Origin: Lama guanicoe
Lineage: Eukaryota
Direction: 5' to 3'
NCBI GenBank assembly: GCA_013239625.1
Contig: MU053810.1
Span: forward strand, 6,420,122 to 6,484,121
DNA length: 64,000 nucleotides
The translations under genes and the position numbers were made by a program. Position 1 is the first letter of the stretch, and each line of letters opens with the position of its first letter. Positions 13,549 through 29,178 of this stretch are shown here, one piece after another. The notes under the pieces are model-generated. The model made no database searches, was not told the origin of the DNA, and was given only the letters and a program-made list of their open reading frames with translations.

Positions 13549-15080
13549 TCATTTGACATATTTATTTATTGAGTGTGTACTACGTGCCCAGCATTTTACC
13601 TGGGGATATACTGCTAAGTGCAACACTTTGTATGGCAAAGTTCTAGTCCTGATGGTCTTCATCCAGAGGGAATGGGAAGCTAACCAAGATGTATAAGTGG
13701 GCAGAGGGACAAGGAAGGGGGAGGGAGATTGAGGGAACCCACTTATACATTTGTTAAGTGGTTTCTGAATGAATTGTGGAGAAACTCCTGGAAAAGTTTG
13801 AGAACTAATGTGGAATAAACAACTGGGCAGTCACTTAGTTTGGATGAGACATGATGTTGTCCTGGATGAGAATGATGGTGATGGAGATAAAGAGGAAAGG
13901 TCATATTTGGGAGGGAGTTATGGGATAGAATGGACATGGTTGAGACCATGCACCTGTAAAATCATCTGGAAACATGGCCTTGGCTTGGAGATAATTCCTT
14001 GTAACTTTAATTATAAATTATTTTAATGTAAATTAGTAAAATTTCTATTTTCCATGAGTGGCTGTTGCAGACAGTGCTTTAATTCATTTTAACTATATTC
14101 CTATTAATACTAACCATTTGTGATCCATATAACTGTGTACTGCTATATGGAAATAGGTTTTCAGTCATCAAAATCAGGTTTTAGTTTAGCAGTTTCTAAG
14201 TATACTCACATCTACAACATATCTTGTTGGAGCTCTTCTATTGGTTGGTGATAACTCTTCTAATTATGATCAGATGGTGAGGTTTGAATCTTATTGCTGG
14301 AATTTTCTGGTTATTCTTTCCACTTTTGATAACTTAATACTTTATGTGCCAATTAAGTTTTCTTTATATATGAAAAACCAGAATGGTTTCCAGATACCTG
14401 CCAGTCATTATATGCCAACCTCAGACACTTGTTCTGCTGTATGACCAAGCTGGTTTCAGGGACTCAGGGGGTGGAGATGATAGGGATTCCATTCATTTCC
14501 CAGATTATGAATGAAATAAATCTGAAATTCTGAGGGCACATGCCAGTATTAAAAATAAAAAATAGGGTATATTCTAAATAAAAAAGCTTTGCCACTGGAA
14601 GGTATCAGTGAGAAACCTTAAATTACTGAAATAATTCATCAAATTGCTGGTAAGAGAAAAGTCGATTTGAAGCAAATACCATGATGTACTTCTTGCATAG
14701 AAAATGACTCCAAAATTAATCAACCCAAGATGAACGTGTGTAAAAATACCCATCCAGTATGAAAATAAATATTCAAGTCTTTATTACTTTGAAAATGATA
14801 GAGATGCCAGATCTACACAATAACAACTTTAAGTCTTTTTCAGATCAGTTTCCTAAATTTTAATTGTGTCTTCTGCAGTAATTAGTTCATTTGTAGGCAT
14901 GAAGATCTGTTTATGGTGGACTTTAAAAACTTCATTTTACACAAATTGAATCTGAGTATTCTTTTCTCGGATTCCATAAAAGTACAACTGCTTGAAATGA
15001 TCCTTATGTGACACGTGCACTATGTCATCAGACTTCTTTTCTTAACAGTTCAGTTTTAAATGAAAGATAATAAAACTCAC

Positions 15081-15207
15081 AGTTCTCCAGAGCTGCACGA
15101 TTAGAGATGCGGCTCTTGTCAGTCTGATGTTCAGTTGCCACAGAAGAAAATTCAGTGTTTCCAACATTCAAGATTGCAGCAAGTATACTGTACACACTTC
15201 CAAGTTG
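15081..15207 (-). CDS. MYO3A: MYO3A coding exon (exon 18 equivalent, 127 nt)
   Basis: Encodes [42 protein letters not shown](S). Acceptor GTTTCAG|C and donor ACT|GTGAGT. Confidence 0.95.
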
Positions 15208-16692
15208 CTGAAACACAGCACAGAAAGGCTGTAAGCATAGCAAGGCAGAGACCGTGGCTGTGGACAGACTGGGGAAAGACCCTTCAGGCTCCAGCGTCAC
15301 AAGGTCATCCCACGGACTATGACGTCAAACTAAGAGACCCAAGTAGGCAAGGACCCAACTAAGCTCGGCCTTCCTAGTAATTTTAATCTTAGAGGTGAGC
15401 ATGGTGCCTAAAACACTGAGTAATTAAAAACATTTTATGAATGCATATGTGAATAAAACATAGAAATGAAAAGCAGCCCTCAGAAGTAGAAAACCTAATT
15501 CATTAAATTAATCATAGATTAATCAATCCATGTAAAACTTAACTTCAGAATGTGATGTGTCCATTTCCATGTGTTCATTTTCCTTGAGGCCCCTCAAAAG
15601 CGAGGCTATATGTGTGGATAAAGGAGACTTAAGGAAGAAAAATAAAAAAATCTCAGCACCAAAATCAGAGGCTACGTATGGTTTAACTAGGACGTCAGAA
15701 ATCTGGACTACAGTTTAGAGTTCATAGTCATAAAACCCTAAAGTACATCAAAAATATGTTCAGAAATACATTTACAAACACATAAATATATATTCTCATC
15801 CAGTAGTTGCCAAACCCAAGACCTGCAAGAGAGATCAGTTGGTGTAGCTCTGTATCATTCATCTTAAATAGTTTACCCATCTTCCCTTCCCGCATCCCCC
15901 ACTCCGGAGATTACAAAAAGATAATTCCATTTGCTTTATAATCTTTCTCACTCAGTCTCAACCAGTGGCTTCCAGGTCATCCACCATCGCCTTGTTAGTA
16001 TCTCCTTGCAATCTTGGGTGATATATGCATATATACGTACAAGCGCGCGTGTGCACACACACACACGCACACGGCTTCTTGGAGGCACTGGAAGAATTTT
16101 GTCAAGGAGTCTATGGTACTTCTAGGTGTCATTCCAATCATGTTCATGGTTCAGTGAGGTACAGGACAGAAAAAAATCCTTTATCATTTTCTTATGTTGC
16201 TGTATTTATTCCAGCCCAGCTCCTGCTTAACAGAAACAATGAACCCACCCACTGCAACACCCCAAAATGTTAATGAAACTGTATATGAAAACAATCTTTG
16301 GGGATATTTATTCATTCATATATAACAAATATATACAATGAATATAATAAATATTTAAATGAATATATCTGTTGAGTGAATAAACAGGTATATAGCTATA
16401 TATTCACTTATCCAATAAACACATATTTCATGCCAGGCACTGTTTTAGTCAAAGGGGCTTCAGCAGCAGGCAAGACTGATGATCCTTGTTCCTTTGGGGG
16501 GATTCAGGCAGTGGGAAGGCAGACATTAAGTAAATAAACAAGTAGCTAATCATGACATTTCAGGGGAAAAAAGGGGCTATGAAGAAAGTAAAACAGCTGT
16601 ATTTTAAACTGACGAGTCTGGTTACCAAGTGGAACAGATGGAAACGTGGAGTAGTCAGGAGGCTACTGCATTCACTTACGTGAGAGAAGGCA

Positions 16693-17805
16693 AACAAAGA
16701 TTGAGAGAAAATATTTGCAAAAAACACACCTGATAAAGGACTGTTATCAAAGTATTCAAAGGACTCTTAAAACTCAACAATAAAAAAAAAAACCCCAAAC
16801 AACACAATTTAAAAATGGGCCAAAAATCTTAATAAACAGCTCACTGAAAAAGACATGTAGATGGCAAATAAGCACAAGAAAAGATGCTCCACATCATATG
16901 TCACCAGGGAAACACAAATTAAAATCACAAAATAAATACCACTGTGCCACTATTAGAATGACCAAAATCCAAAATACCGACAACACCAAATGCTGGTGAG
17001 GATGTGGAGCAATAGGAACTCTCATTCAATTGCTGGTAGGAATGCAAAAATGGTACAGTCACTTTGGAAGACAGTTTGGCAGGTTGCTACAAAACTAAAC
17101 TTACTCTTACCATATGAACCAGTGATCATGCTCCTCGGTATGTACCTAAAGGAGTTGAAAATGTATGTCTACATATAAACCTGTGCCTGGATGTTTGCAG
17201 CAGCTTTATTCATAATTGCCAAAACGTGAAGCAATCAAGATGTCCTTCAGTTGGTGAGCAGATAACTGTGGTGAACCCTGACAAGTGAATATTATTCAGT
17301 ACTAGCAAGACTTGAAAAGACATGGAGGAAACATAACTGCTTATTGCTAATGAAATAACCAATTTGAAAAGGCTGCCAACTGTATAATTCTAACTATATG
17401 ACCCTCTGGAAAAGGCAAAACTATGGAGACAGTAAAAAGATCAGTAGTTGCCAGGGGTTAGCAGGGAGGGAGAGATGAGTAGGCAGAGAAGAGGATTTTT
17501 AGGGCAGTGAACCTACTCTGTGTGATACCATAATGACGGGTACCTGTCATTATACATTTGTCCAAAGTCAAAGAAAGTACAACACCGAGAATGAACCATA
17601 ACGTAAACTATAAACTCTGGATGATAATGATGAGTCAACGTAGGGTCATCGGTTGTAACAAATACACCACTCTGGTGTGGGATGTGAATGGTGCAGGAGG
17701 CTGGGGGTAGAGGGGGGACAAAGGAAATATGGGAAATCTCTGTACTTTCTACTCAGTTTTGCTGTGAGCCTAAAACTTCTCTAAAAAAATGAAATCTTAA
17801 AAAAA
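16693..17805 (+). mobile_element. Old L1 3' end (L1MC-like)
   Basis: ORF2 C-terminal relic (VQSLWKTVWQ) plus an L1MC-type 3' UTR ending TTTTGCTGTGAGCCTAAAACTTCTCTAAAAAAA. Confidence 0.8.
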
Positions 17806-17999
17806 ATGTTATATAAGCAAGACTTAAGAGCTTAAGGAAAAAATTAGGTACTTGGTTTTAAAATCATTTATATATGGAATAAATGATCAAAAACATGCCT
17901 TCTTCGAACATTAACAACTCACAGGTAAACTGCCTGGCTTTATTTTTTTTTCTCCGTCAGGATCAGGGTCCCAGCTAGACTCTGAAACGTGATCAATGC

Positions 18000-18580
18000 A
18001 CAAACTCAGCCTCTGGCATGATGCCTCTTACTAGTCCCTTGGCCTCTGGTCTTGCCACTCTCCAGTTCATCTTCCATACAGCTGTCATAGCCATCTTCCC
18101 AGCAGGCAAACCAGATCATCTATGTCCCCAGCTAGTTTCCTTCAATAGCTTCTATTCCCTTAAGGATAAAGTTCCGGCTTCTTACCAAAGCACCCAAAGA
18201 AGTGCCTCTTTGGTGTCTGGTGTCTGCCTGACTCTGCATCCTCATTTCCAGCTATTTTCTCAGCCAGCCGAACTCCTTACAGGTTCCCATGAATTCCACA
18301 TTACTTTCATCCTTTAGTTCCGGCTCATGTGTTCTTTCCCCCATTCTTCACACATAATCTCTTCTCAGAACTCTTCACTGACCAACCACCAGACTTCATG
18401 TTTCTGTGCCATTCTCTGTTTGTTATCATAGAATTGGCTCCATTTTATTAAAACTATGCTTAGTGTGTGTGTCTTTTATTAGATGATAAACTCGCTGAGG
18501 ATGGAGACCATGCCTAATTCATGTCTCTAATTCTTAACATAGGATCTGGTAGACAACTGGCACTCAATAAATGCTTGTCA
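18000..18580 (+). mobile_element. L2 3' fragment
   Basis: L2-like motifs ending GGCACTCAATAAATGCTTG. Boundaries are approximate. Confidence 0.55.
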
Positions 18581-21500
18581 ACTGTTTTCTTTTGTGTCAG
18601 TCAAATGACAATAAAATTTCCTTCACTTTCAAAACAATCTCTCTCGTATTTGTCTTGAAGTCTTTTAACCTGTGTCTCACAGTTTCTGCTTATCCTCCTC
18701 AGATTTTTAAAAAATTGTAACTGTCCCCGTCTTTTGGTCTCAGGCTTTGCATCCTGAATCAGTAGCTAGATTTTGTGAGGCCAAGAGACCGTATTAAGCC
18801 AAGTTGTTTTCTTCTAAAAGCCAATTAACTCCTCTAAGTGGTAGAGCCTTATAGTTGGGAATACATGATCCTCTTTCTCTGACTTTGTTCTGGGAATGGA
18901 AGCTTCAGCCCAGGCTGGATAGATTGTGTTTGGTGCAGGGTTCTTTGGGGGACATGCACCAAGTCCCCTCTTAGAGCCTCAGCCCACACTTGTCACCTAA
19001 CTGAAACCCAAGAGGAGGAGGGAGAGGGGGAACAATGCATGGACCTCAAAGTAGGTGGGGATCACCACGGACCACGGTGAAGTGACACCAGCCCAGGTTG
19101 GGGAACGTGGCCCTTCCCAGTCTAGTCCAGGGAGAGACAAGGTCCTGATGCTGCCAGTGAGAAAGGACAGGGAAGGCAGGACGGAGAGGAGCAGGCTGGG
19201 CGAGTACCACAGGACAGGATGCTATGGGAGCCCACATACCAGGCAAACAGGAACTGATGAGAGGAAAGGAGGAGCTCAGCCATCAGCATTTGCAGCTGTT
19301 TGTATATAACAAATACCAATACGCTCTGTATGCTTAGGCTGAACTTTGCAAATAAATAAAGCAATAAAGTGACACGAACAATTTGCAAAGATCAAAATGA
19401 AATTAAATGGCCTTAATTTCAGTCACAAAATCAAAGATCGTGAGAGTAAGAAGTGGCTCAAATAAGCCACGCCTTCGCCTCCTTCTACTGATTAAGAAAC
19501 TTAGACCAGAGAGGCTTAGTAACCGGTCTAAAGATAAACAAGCAGTGGCCAGGGACTTTAACCCACAGACTCTGACTCTTTGGTACGGAATTATTTTTAT
19601 TTTAATTCTTACTTGGTCCTGTCATTCCGTTCAAATCACCAATGTTGGCTGAATTACGACATTCAAGAACTGTAACTTATTTTATGCATTTTGAATGCAG
19701 ACCACTAGGTATCAAATTATTGTTTTTAAATTATTATCAAACGACTAACTAAAAGGGACTTCCTATGCCCCATGCACCCTGATTAAAACTGATTTTTAAA
19801 AATGAAATATTTCACAGAAATTCAATACCTTGTGTGATGCTTTAAAATACTTCAAAATTTACCTCACAAATATTATTTGATCATAACCAAAGCCATAACT
19901 GATAATCCAAAGAGAATGTACTAGCTAGTGATTTCAGACTGTCGTAAGGAAAGTAAGCAAAATTAAAGCAGGAAAAAAAAGGCTTTCTCATCTTAGGCAA
20001 AAGACATACGACTTTGTGCAAAGGGAAACAAATAAAAATTCGTGTCATGATACGATAGAAATTGCCTCTAAATGAGTTGACTTATAAAACTACTCATTTA
20101 TTTTAATGATTTATTTTTAAACTATGGCAGGAAAATGGCTTAGGAAATCATTTATGTTTTGAAAAGTTTTAGAGGTTTTCCAATTTGCGTTATTTTTAGA
20201 GAATATTCGATTTTGATTTGCCTGTCAATTTGCCGGGCGTGTGCTGAATCACAAACGTACAGGTGAACTGCAAACCCGGGGAATGTTTAAAGGGACACAC
20301 ACACCTTGGGTGCTGTTGACACCAACCAGAGAAAGACAAGGGGGGAGAGAGAGAGAGAGAGAGAGACTCTCTATACTGGAGAGACACCCAAACTGTGCAG
20401 CAGTAAAATGTGATGGTGGCAAGCTGTGCTTAGAGGATGTGAAAATTGAGCCATTTAACTTGATTTTGAAGGCTGCCTCTTTCCAAAATGAACTTGAAGC
20501 AGCTACAGACCAAGGACATACCCAAGAAAGCCAGTGAGATGACATGAAAAAATCAGGAGTGGGATAAAAAGGAAGTAAACATCCGCTCGGTTTATTCTAC
20601 TGTCAGCAAACTGGAGCCGTCTGCCCTGTTAACTGTCTGAGGCCCTGCTTTTAGGTGGGAGACCACCCTGTCCTGGGAGAGTCACCTTGAACCAGACTAG
20701 AAATCTGCACAAATTACTTAGCAGTGACTGTGCTTCAGCTCCAGAAACAGATGTTATATTTTCCTAATTTATCCTAAGCTGTGTGTCTGGATGTTCAATA
20801 AGCATTGAGCATGTTTACATTTGGACTGTACAGTTTTACATAAATGAATTACACTTGTCACTAGATGCTAACTGCAGGACTGGTTTCATTTTAATGTGAC
20901 TAAACATTGCTCTACCAGGCGAGGGAGAGGAGTTGAGCCCCATATAAGTGAAACATTGCCTTTAATGACTGAGACTGAGAAGTTGGGGAAAAAAACCAAA
21001 AACAATTGAAAATGGCTCCCTGTTTCTGAGCCAGCAACCTCTGGAGGAAAGAACTGGTGAGAAAATGAGCTCTTCTGACAAAAAACAGGGAAAAGAACTA
21101 CAATGGGGCCCAGCCTCTGGTGCACAGCAGGTGCTGTACAGCATGTTTCTGGGCTGGAAGATGCTGTGAGATCCAACTCACTGCTCCTCTTTTCCCGTAA
21201 CCAGGCAACCAACAGGGCCAGATCACAGTCCAAAGGGGCATCGGCCACTAGCAACATCCATTCTACGACCAAGGACTGGAGAGAGGAGCTGCTTTTTCTT
21301 TATTTGCTGCACCCCTTTCTGCTTTAGGAGGCAGGATACCCTCTAAGGGCTTGAGTTAACTTGTCTCCACAGGTACAAGCTGCGGGTGATGGCAGGGTTA
21401 GGGGAGGCAGGGGAGGGACAGCGACGCAGCAGAAGGGGAGGAGGCAGATCTGAATGTGCATTTTGGCCAATGTTACTGACGAAGATGCACCCGGAAGCAG

Positions 21501-24159
21501 CCACGACCAGGAAGGGCTTGGAGTGGGGTAGAGCTAAGCTGAAACTGATGAGCATCAAGCTAGTCTGACGGAGCAGCAAGTATCCTATTTTCAGTCCTGC
21601 TGCAGCTGCTCTAGGTGTTATAGCGTGCTAACACACGGGGGAGGACGAGATCTTGATCCCTTTCATCCAAAATGAGAGTGAAAGACCCAGGTGGTCACCA
21701 GTGATGCTTGGGACCTCAGAATTAGAGCGAATGAATGTTACTATGTCTGGACCAGGGTGGCATGTGGAATCACCTGCAGTGTCTCCCATGGCTTGTCTGA
21801 AATCTCCGGGTGACAGTCGTACGTCACCTGGAATATGGGCGACACTCCGGCCTTTCAAGTCAGGGCCTTCCTCCCCAGAGCTGAACCAATGGCAAACACA
21901 CTTATTTCCCTAGGAATAAAGCCATCTATTTCATTAGGAAATACATTAGGGTCATTTCTGACACCAGAGGCAGTCAGGTACTGTTGACAACATAGTTTTC
22001 AGATGATGTCCACCACCCAGACCTCACGGTGCCCACAAGGGTGTGCATCACTCCGCTCTTCCCGTGAGATGGCCACAATGTGTTCTGCAAGCTCAGGAAC
22101 CTCCCAATTGTTCTCTCCTGTTCTGTCCTCACCATTTTCCTCCCAACTCTCCAGCAAAGGCTGCTATTGTTCAGGCAAACTGTCCTGTCCTCACACATCA
22201 GTCCAGTCACCCTGCCAACCTTTGCTGCTGCAGTGGCTTCTCTTCCTCCTCCTCTGCCTCCCTGCCCTACTCCTTCTTTTTTTCCCCTTCTTTCTTTTGT
22301 GAGAGTGGAGTAGGGGAATGAGATTTATATACTGGCCCTTTAAGAAATGCATCTGTCTCACCTGTAGAAAATTCTCGTAGTAACATATTACAGCTAAGAG
22401 TGCAAGCTTTCCTAAAAACCCTTTAGAAATCGTATCGAACGATGGATTCTTTGTTCCATTTTATAGACTAAAAGCTATTTAACGCATCAACAGAGAGAAG
22501 GTCCCAAATCATCTTTCTGTCTAGAGACCTCTGCAGAACCCCTGAGCTTCCTGATTTGAGCTGCAGTTTAGCCAAAGTTCCAGGCAGCCTCTATGAATCC
22601 ATGGAAAGAACGCATCATTCAGAAATAAAGATGGTTGAGCTGGAGCTTCTACTGCTAAACCAAAAGGTGTTCCAACTTCAGCTCAAGACTTCCCGTGAGT
22701 AAAGTATGTGCCTAAGGCTGCATTCAATGCTGGCTTGCCCATGAGTCCACAGTATCACTTCCCTCTTGTCCACATAATTCTCAGTCTTCTGGCAAAAAAC
22801 TGAGAGCTCTGGGAAAGTTGTGGTAATATTCTTCTCCGGTCCCAAGAGGAGTTATTTCTCCTCCCTTGGCCCTGAAAACAGCCTGCCAGTTCCCCTGGGC
22901 TCCTGCAGCTCTCACCCACCTCTCCCCATGACCAATCCACTTGTCTAGAAACAGAGTGGCATTCAGAATTCAGAATTAAAGGAGGACTCTAAATTCTGGG
23001 GCTGTAAAGGCAGCCAGGTAGGGAGTCTTCCCATCAAATGTGAATTCCTCTTGGCTATGGAGAAAGGACACATCAGAAAAGGCTCTGAAAGTTGAAATGT
23101 GTCCCGATGGACAAAGATCACCGTGGTTTACCAAAACCACTCCTGAAGGTAAGGCCCTAATTTCAAGACAAAAGAAAGCTGTTTATCTATCCTTCTTCTC
23201 CAACCTCACCCAGCTGGCAGAGATCACACCTCACTCCCTAAAGTCAAGGTCTTAAGGAAGTCCTCCTCTCAGCCCTGAGTGAGGAGACCCAAGGTGGATG
23301 GAACCAAAGGCTTTCAAAGGAAAGTCAAGACTGGGGGACCATCTGTTGTGGAAGCTGTCAACAGCAGAAGCTCCATTATTTGGAGAAAACACACTAGTAG
23401 CAAACTTTTCTCTATGCTGAGAACAAACACAGCTTTAGAAATACTATTCTCTAGCAAGCAGATGCATCAGTGGACTAACAGTTATTGCAGACAGCCTTCC
23501 ATTTTAGAAGGGAGTTCACAGTGCCTTAAAAACATGCTACAGAATGATTAAACTCAATAACCTCACTGCATGCAATTTGAAAGATTCTTGTAACATTTCA
23601 CTTCTATCAGCATCTCTACCTTTCACATCCTCCTGATCAAATTTTTCAAATTTTTGGAGAAGAATTAGGTATTATTTTTAGCTCAAGCTCTTAGCAGAGA
23701 TTTGATAATCCAAGAAATTTCAGTATACTGCTAAAGCAGACATATTAACTGTTTCAAGTTGCAGGAGTGTCATTTATGAAATGAAATTGAAATCCAACCA
23801 ATGGCACATTACTTTCCTGAAAGAGCTCATCTAAAAGCCTGATTCACATTCAGAGTGAAGTGCTCTTTTTACTGCAGGACTTAAATAACACAGCAAACAG
23901 TAAACTGCTAAGAGCAGAGCCTGAAAGCTTCTCTAAAAGCCTTCAGGAGCCCCTATTAAACAAGATACTTTGTTGTAAAAATTAAAAAATACAACCTATG
24001 ACACAGAAAGAAATCTTTATTACTCAGGGATAAATTTGTAGCCTTAAATGTTTCCATTGTTAAATAAAGAAATAGAGGTACCAAGTTTTCTCCTTAAGCA
24101 AAAGGATAGCACAAGAAACCAAATGAATACTTGATAAAAATATAAAAAAGCCAAGATCA

Positions 24160-25135
24160 ATAATACAAAGAATGTGCTTCAAAGGATGCCATCAAGAAAG
24201 TAAAAAGACAACAAATGAGAGGCAATTTTTGCAAGTCATGGTTTTGATAAGAAACTTGTGCCTATAATACAAAGAATTCTTACAACTCAATAATAAAAAG
24301 ACAGCCTAATTAAAAATAGGCAAAGACTCTGAACAGACATTTCTTCGAAGATTTATAAATGATAAAGGACCAATCAGTACATGAAAAGAAGTTACAGCAT
24401 CATAAGGCTTTAGGGAAATGCAAATCAAAACCACAATGAGACACCACTTCACACTTGATAGAAAGGCTATGAACAGATAATGATAAGTGCTGAGGAAGAT
24501 GGGGAGAAACTGGAACGTTTATATCCTGCTGGTTGGAATGTAAAATAGTGCAGCTACTTTGGGGCACAGTCTAGGAGTTCCTCAGGCGTTACTCCACGAC
24601 CCGGCATTTCCACTCCTAGGTACGCACCAAAGAAGAGTGAAAACTCACATTGCACAAAACTTGGACTTGGATGATGGCAGCAACATTGTTTATAATAGCC
24701 CCAAAGCAGAAACAACCCAAATGCTCATCAAGTGATGATGCCTGGATAAATATAACATGAGGTAAATCCAGACAATGGATTATTCCTCAATAAAAAGGAA
24801 TGAAGTACTGATATCTGCTACCGTACAGATGAACCTTGAAGATATTATGCTAAAGAAGTCAGTCACAAAGGGTGACATATGGCATCAATAAATGAGTGTG
24901 GAATGTCCACAATAATCAGATCTAGAGTGATACGAAGAAGAGGTGGGATGGGAATGACGAAGGACTGCTAATCACCAGCATGTCGCCTTTTGGGGTGGAA
25001 AATTTAGGACATGGAAATATTCCCAAAGTGATTATGGGGGTGGATGCACAGCCTCATGACTGTATTAAGTGTACACTTTTTAACAGCTGACTTGTACGGA
25101 TGTGAATTATATCTTAATAAAGTTGTTAGAAAAAC
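24160..25135 (+). mobile_element. Old L1 3' end (L1MB-like)
   Basis: Contains GGGAAATGCAAATCAAAACCACAATGAGA and a 3' end GTGAATTATATCTTAATAAAGTTGTT. Confidence 0.8.
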
Positions 25136-25392
25136 AGATTGCACTAAAAAAGAACATGAGACATGGTTACAGTTACCCATTTAAATAAAATTTCATACAT
25201 ATGTGGGAGATGCAAATGCAAGTAAAATAAAAGATTACGAACAAAACCATTCAGTCCTATCTTAAGGCCATAGTTTCTTCATATAGAAGGTAAATATTAT
25301 AATTCTAGCTATTTCATAAGGCCATTTCAGTAATTTAAAAAAAGATCCATGTAATGCCCTCAGCGCCACGTCTGACATATAGTGACCACTCA

Positions 25393-25620
<228 letters not shown>

Positions 25621-25670
25621 TTAAGTGGAAAGTGGAAGCAGTATTTATGAAAGTCCACCCTGCTTTGTTA

Positions 25671-27010
<1,340 letters not shown>

Positions 27011-27314
27011 TTTATAGACTTTCCTAAAAATTCACATATAAAAATACTTCATACAAAAGTGCACTACTTGATAAAGTGATTAATGTAGGTTCCTGCTCCT
27101 CCTTGTTAATATTTCAAAAAGAAGGGATACATTTTGAAAGAGAAAAGTATCAGTGCTATTGATTAGTATGCATTCTGGGTTGAGACTGCCCCCCAAGTCT
27201 GGGAGGGCATAATACCGACACCCTGGGAGAAAGTTCGAATGTCCAGGAAATCAAATCTCTTGAATGCGTGGGTGTGAGGGAACAAGGGGTTGAGATAAAA
27301 TGGCAGCAGAGGGA

Positions 27315-27529
27315 GGGTCAGCATTTTTTAGCAATAAAGTAATTTTTAATTAAGGTATGTGCAGTGTCTTTGTAGACATAATGCTATTGCACACTTAACA
27401 GACTACAGCACAGTGTAAACTTTTAAATGTACTGGGAAACCAAGAAATTCACATGACTTGCTTTATTATGATATTCACCTTATTGTAGTGGTCTGGAACT
27501 GAACCCACAGTATCTCTGAGCTGTGCCTG
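27315..27529 (+). mobile_element. Tigger1 3' end
   Basis: Contains AGACATAATGCTATTGCACACTTAACAGACTACAG and terminates ATCTCTGAGCTGTGCCTG followed by TA. Confidence 0.8.
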
Positions 27530-28266
27530 TACTCAGCTAAAATGAAAAATGTGAACTTAGGAGACAGTGAGAAGCACATCTTTGGTTGTCAATCACGCAG
27601 ACCTATTGGCTGAGGCCATGATATCAAAAGAAATTGCTAAGTGTGAGAATACAGAGAGAAAAGAGAAATGCTACCATAACAAAGCTTTGGTAAGTGCAGT
27701 GCACATTTAGGGAATGGATGGATGAATCTAAATCAGAGAGGAAAAACTTAGAGAGGTAGAGGAGGAACCAGGAGGGTCCAGTCATAGAAGCAAAGACAGG
27801 TGAGTGTTTCAAGAAAAGGGGTGTCCACATGCTGAGGTGCTGAAGTGAGGACGGCAGCATCCTTTACAGCTGGCTGTATGTGCATCTTCCACCCCCTGAG
27901 CCATTATTTGTGGCAGTCACAAGTAACGCTTCGATGAACACTAGCATTGGGCATGAGTTAAGGTTAGAATAAAACTAAAAGTTTAGTTCTTTGTCTTTTC
28001 TCACCACAAAATAATGAAACTTCTCTAAGACGGGCACAGCATATAATTTAGTTCGCTTTGTTCTAATGGAATCACATTGATTGCTCTCTATGTCACACCT
28101 TTAATGCTTTAATGATGCAGTGTACAACTACAGAAGTGACTTAGCTACATGAAAGCAGCACTCACAGAAGGCACAGCACCGTAGCATCCCGCACAAGTGG
28201 GACCTGGTTCCCAGGTCAGGATGGCCTGGGGACAAATGTGGGGTCTCAGCGAACCACCAGGCAGAA

Positions 28267-29178
28267 CAGCCGGCCCTTGAACAACACGGGTTTGAACTGT
28301 GTGGGTCCATTTATGCATAAGTGTTTTCAATAAGTATAAAAAAAAGTGAAGAATATCATGTACAAGACTTGGAGTGGATAACCGATCTCCACATGGGCCT
28401 AAAGTGAGTGATAGTTAATGTAAAATGAATAATGTGTCACTTTCTTACTGATTTATCACTCTGTCCTCAGAGAATTACATTACCATACAGTATGCCTCTC
28501 TCTCGTAACTGGAGAAACTACATATCAGCTTATTGTCACAAAGCAGTTTTTGAGACAATGCACCGAAGTTCTTAATACTGCATTGTGAATATGACTGAAA
28601 TATTGTATGCCATAAAATTTTATAAGATTCATTTCTTAGCATACAGGCCAGGCTACCGTGAGGCAATTGTATTGACTACACAAGGTGACATAAGGCAATC
28701 TGATTGCTGCCTCTTTATTATCAACGCATGAACCGTTATACCTGTAAATGAATATGCATTTCTTTCTCATATTGTCTTTTTGTTTTTGATGTCCAGTGTT
28801 TGATGTCCAGCATAACATCTACAGTGTTTTGTATCAACTAAGACAACATGGACACAGGCACTGACGCGTGATTCGTCTTGTCAACAGAACACAAACTTAC
28901 GGCATCGATAGTGCAGTCCTTTAAATGTATTTTCTCTTCCTTATAATTTTCTTAATAACATTTTTTTCCTCTAGCTTACTCTTTTGTAAGAATAGAGTAT
29001 ATAACACATGTAACATACAAAATATGAGTTAACCGACTGTTTATGTTACCGGCAAGGCTTCTGGCTAACAGCAGGCTGTTAGCAGTTAAGTTTGGGGAAA
29101 GTCAGAAGTTACATGCAGATTTCTGACTGCAAGGGGGGGGTTGGTGCCCCTAAACCCCCGGTGTTCAAGGGTCGACTT
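28267..29178 (+). mobile_element. Tigger2-family non-autonomous DNA transposon (~910 bp)
   Basis: Terminal inverted repeats CAGCCGGCCCTTGAACA ... TGTTCAAGGGTCGACT, plus characteristic subterminal sequence (ACACGGGTTTGAACTG; TTAAGTTTGGGGAAAGTCAGAAGTTA). Confidence 0.8.

Noticed and set aside
21355..21380. Plus-strand acceptor-like site TTAACTTGTCTCCACAG|G suggesting an antisense exon
   Set aside because: A single motif with no supported donor or transcript evidence. Such sites arise by chance.
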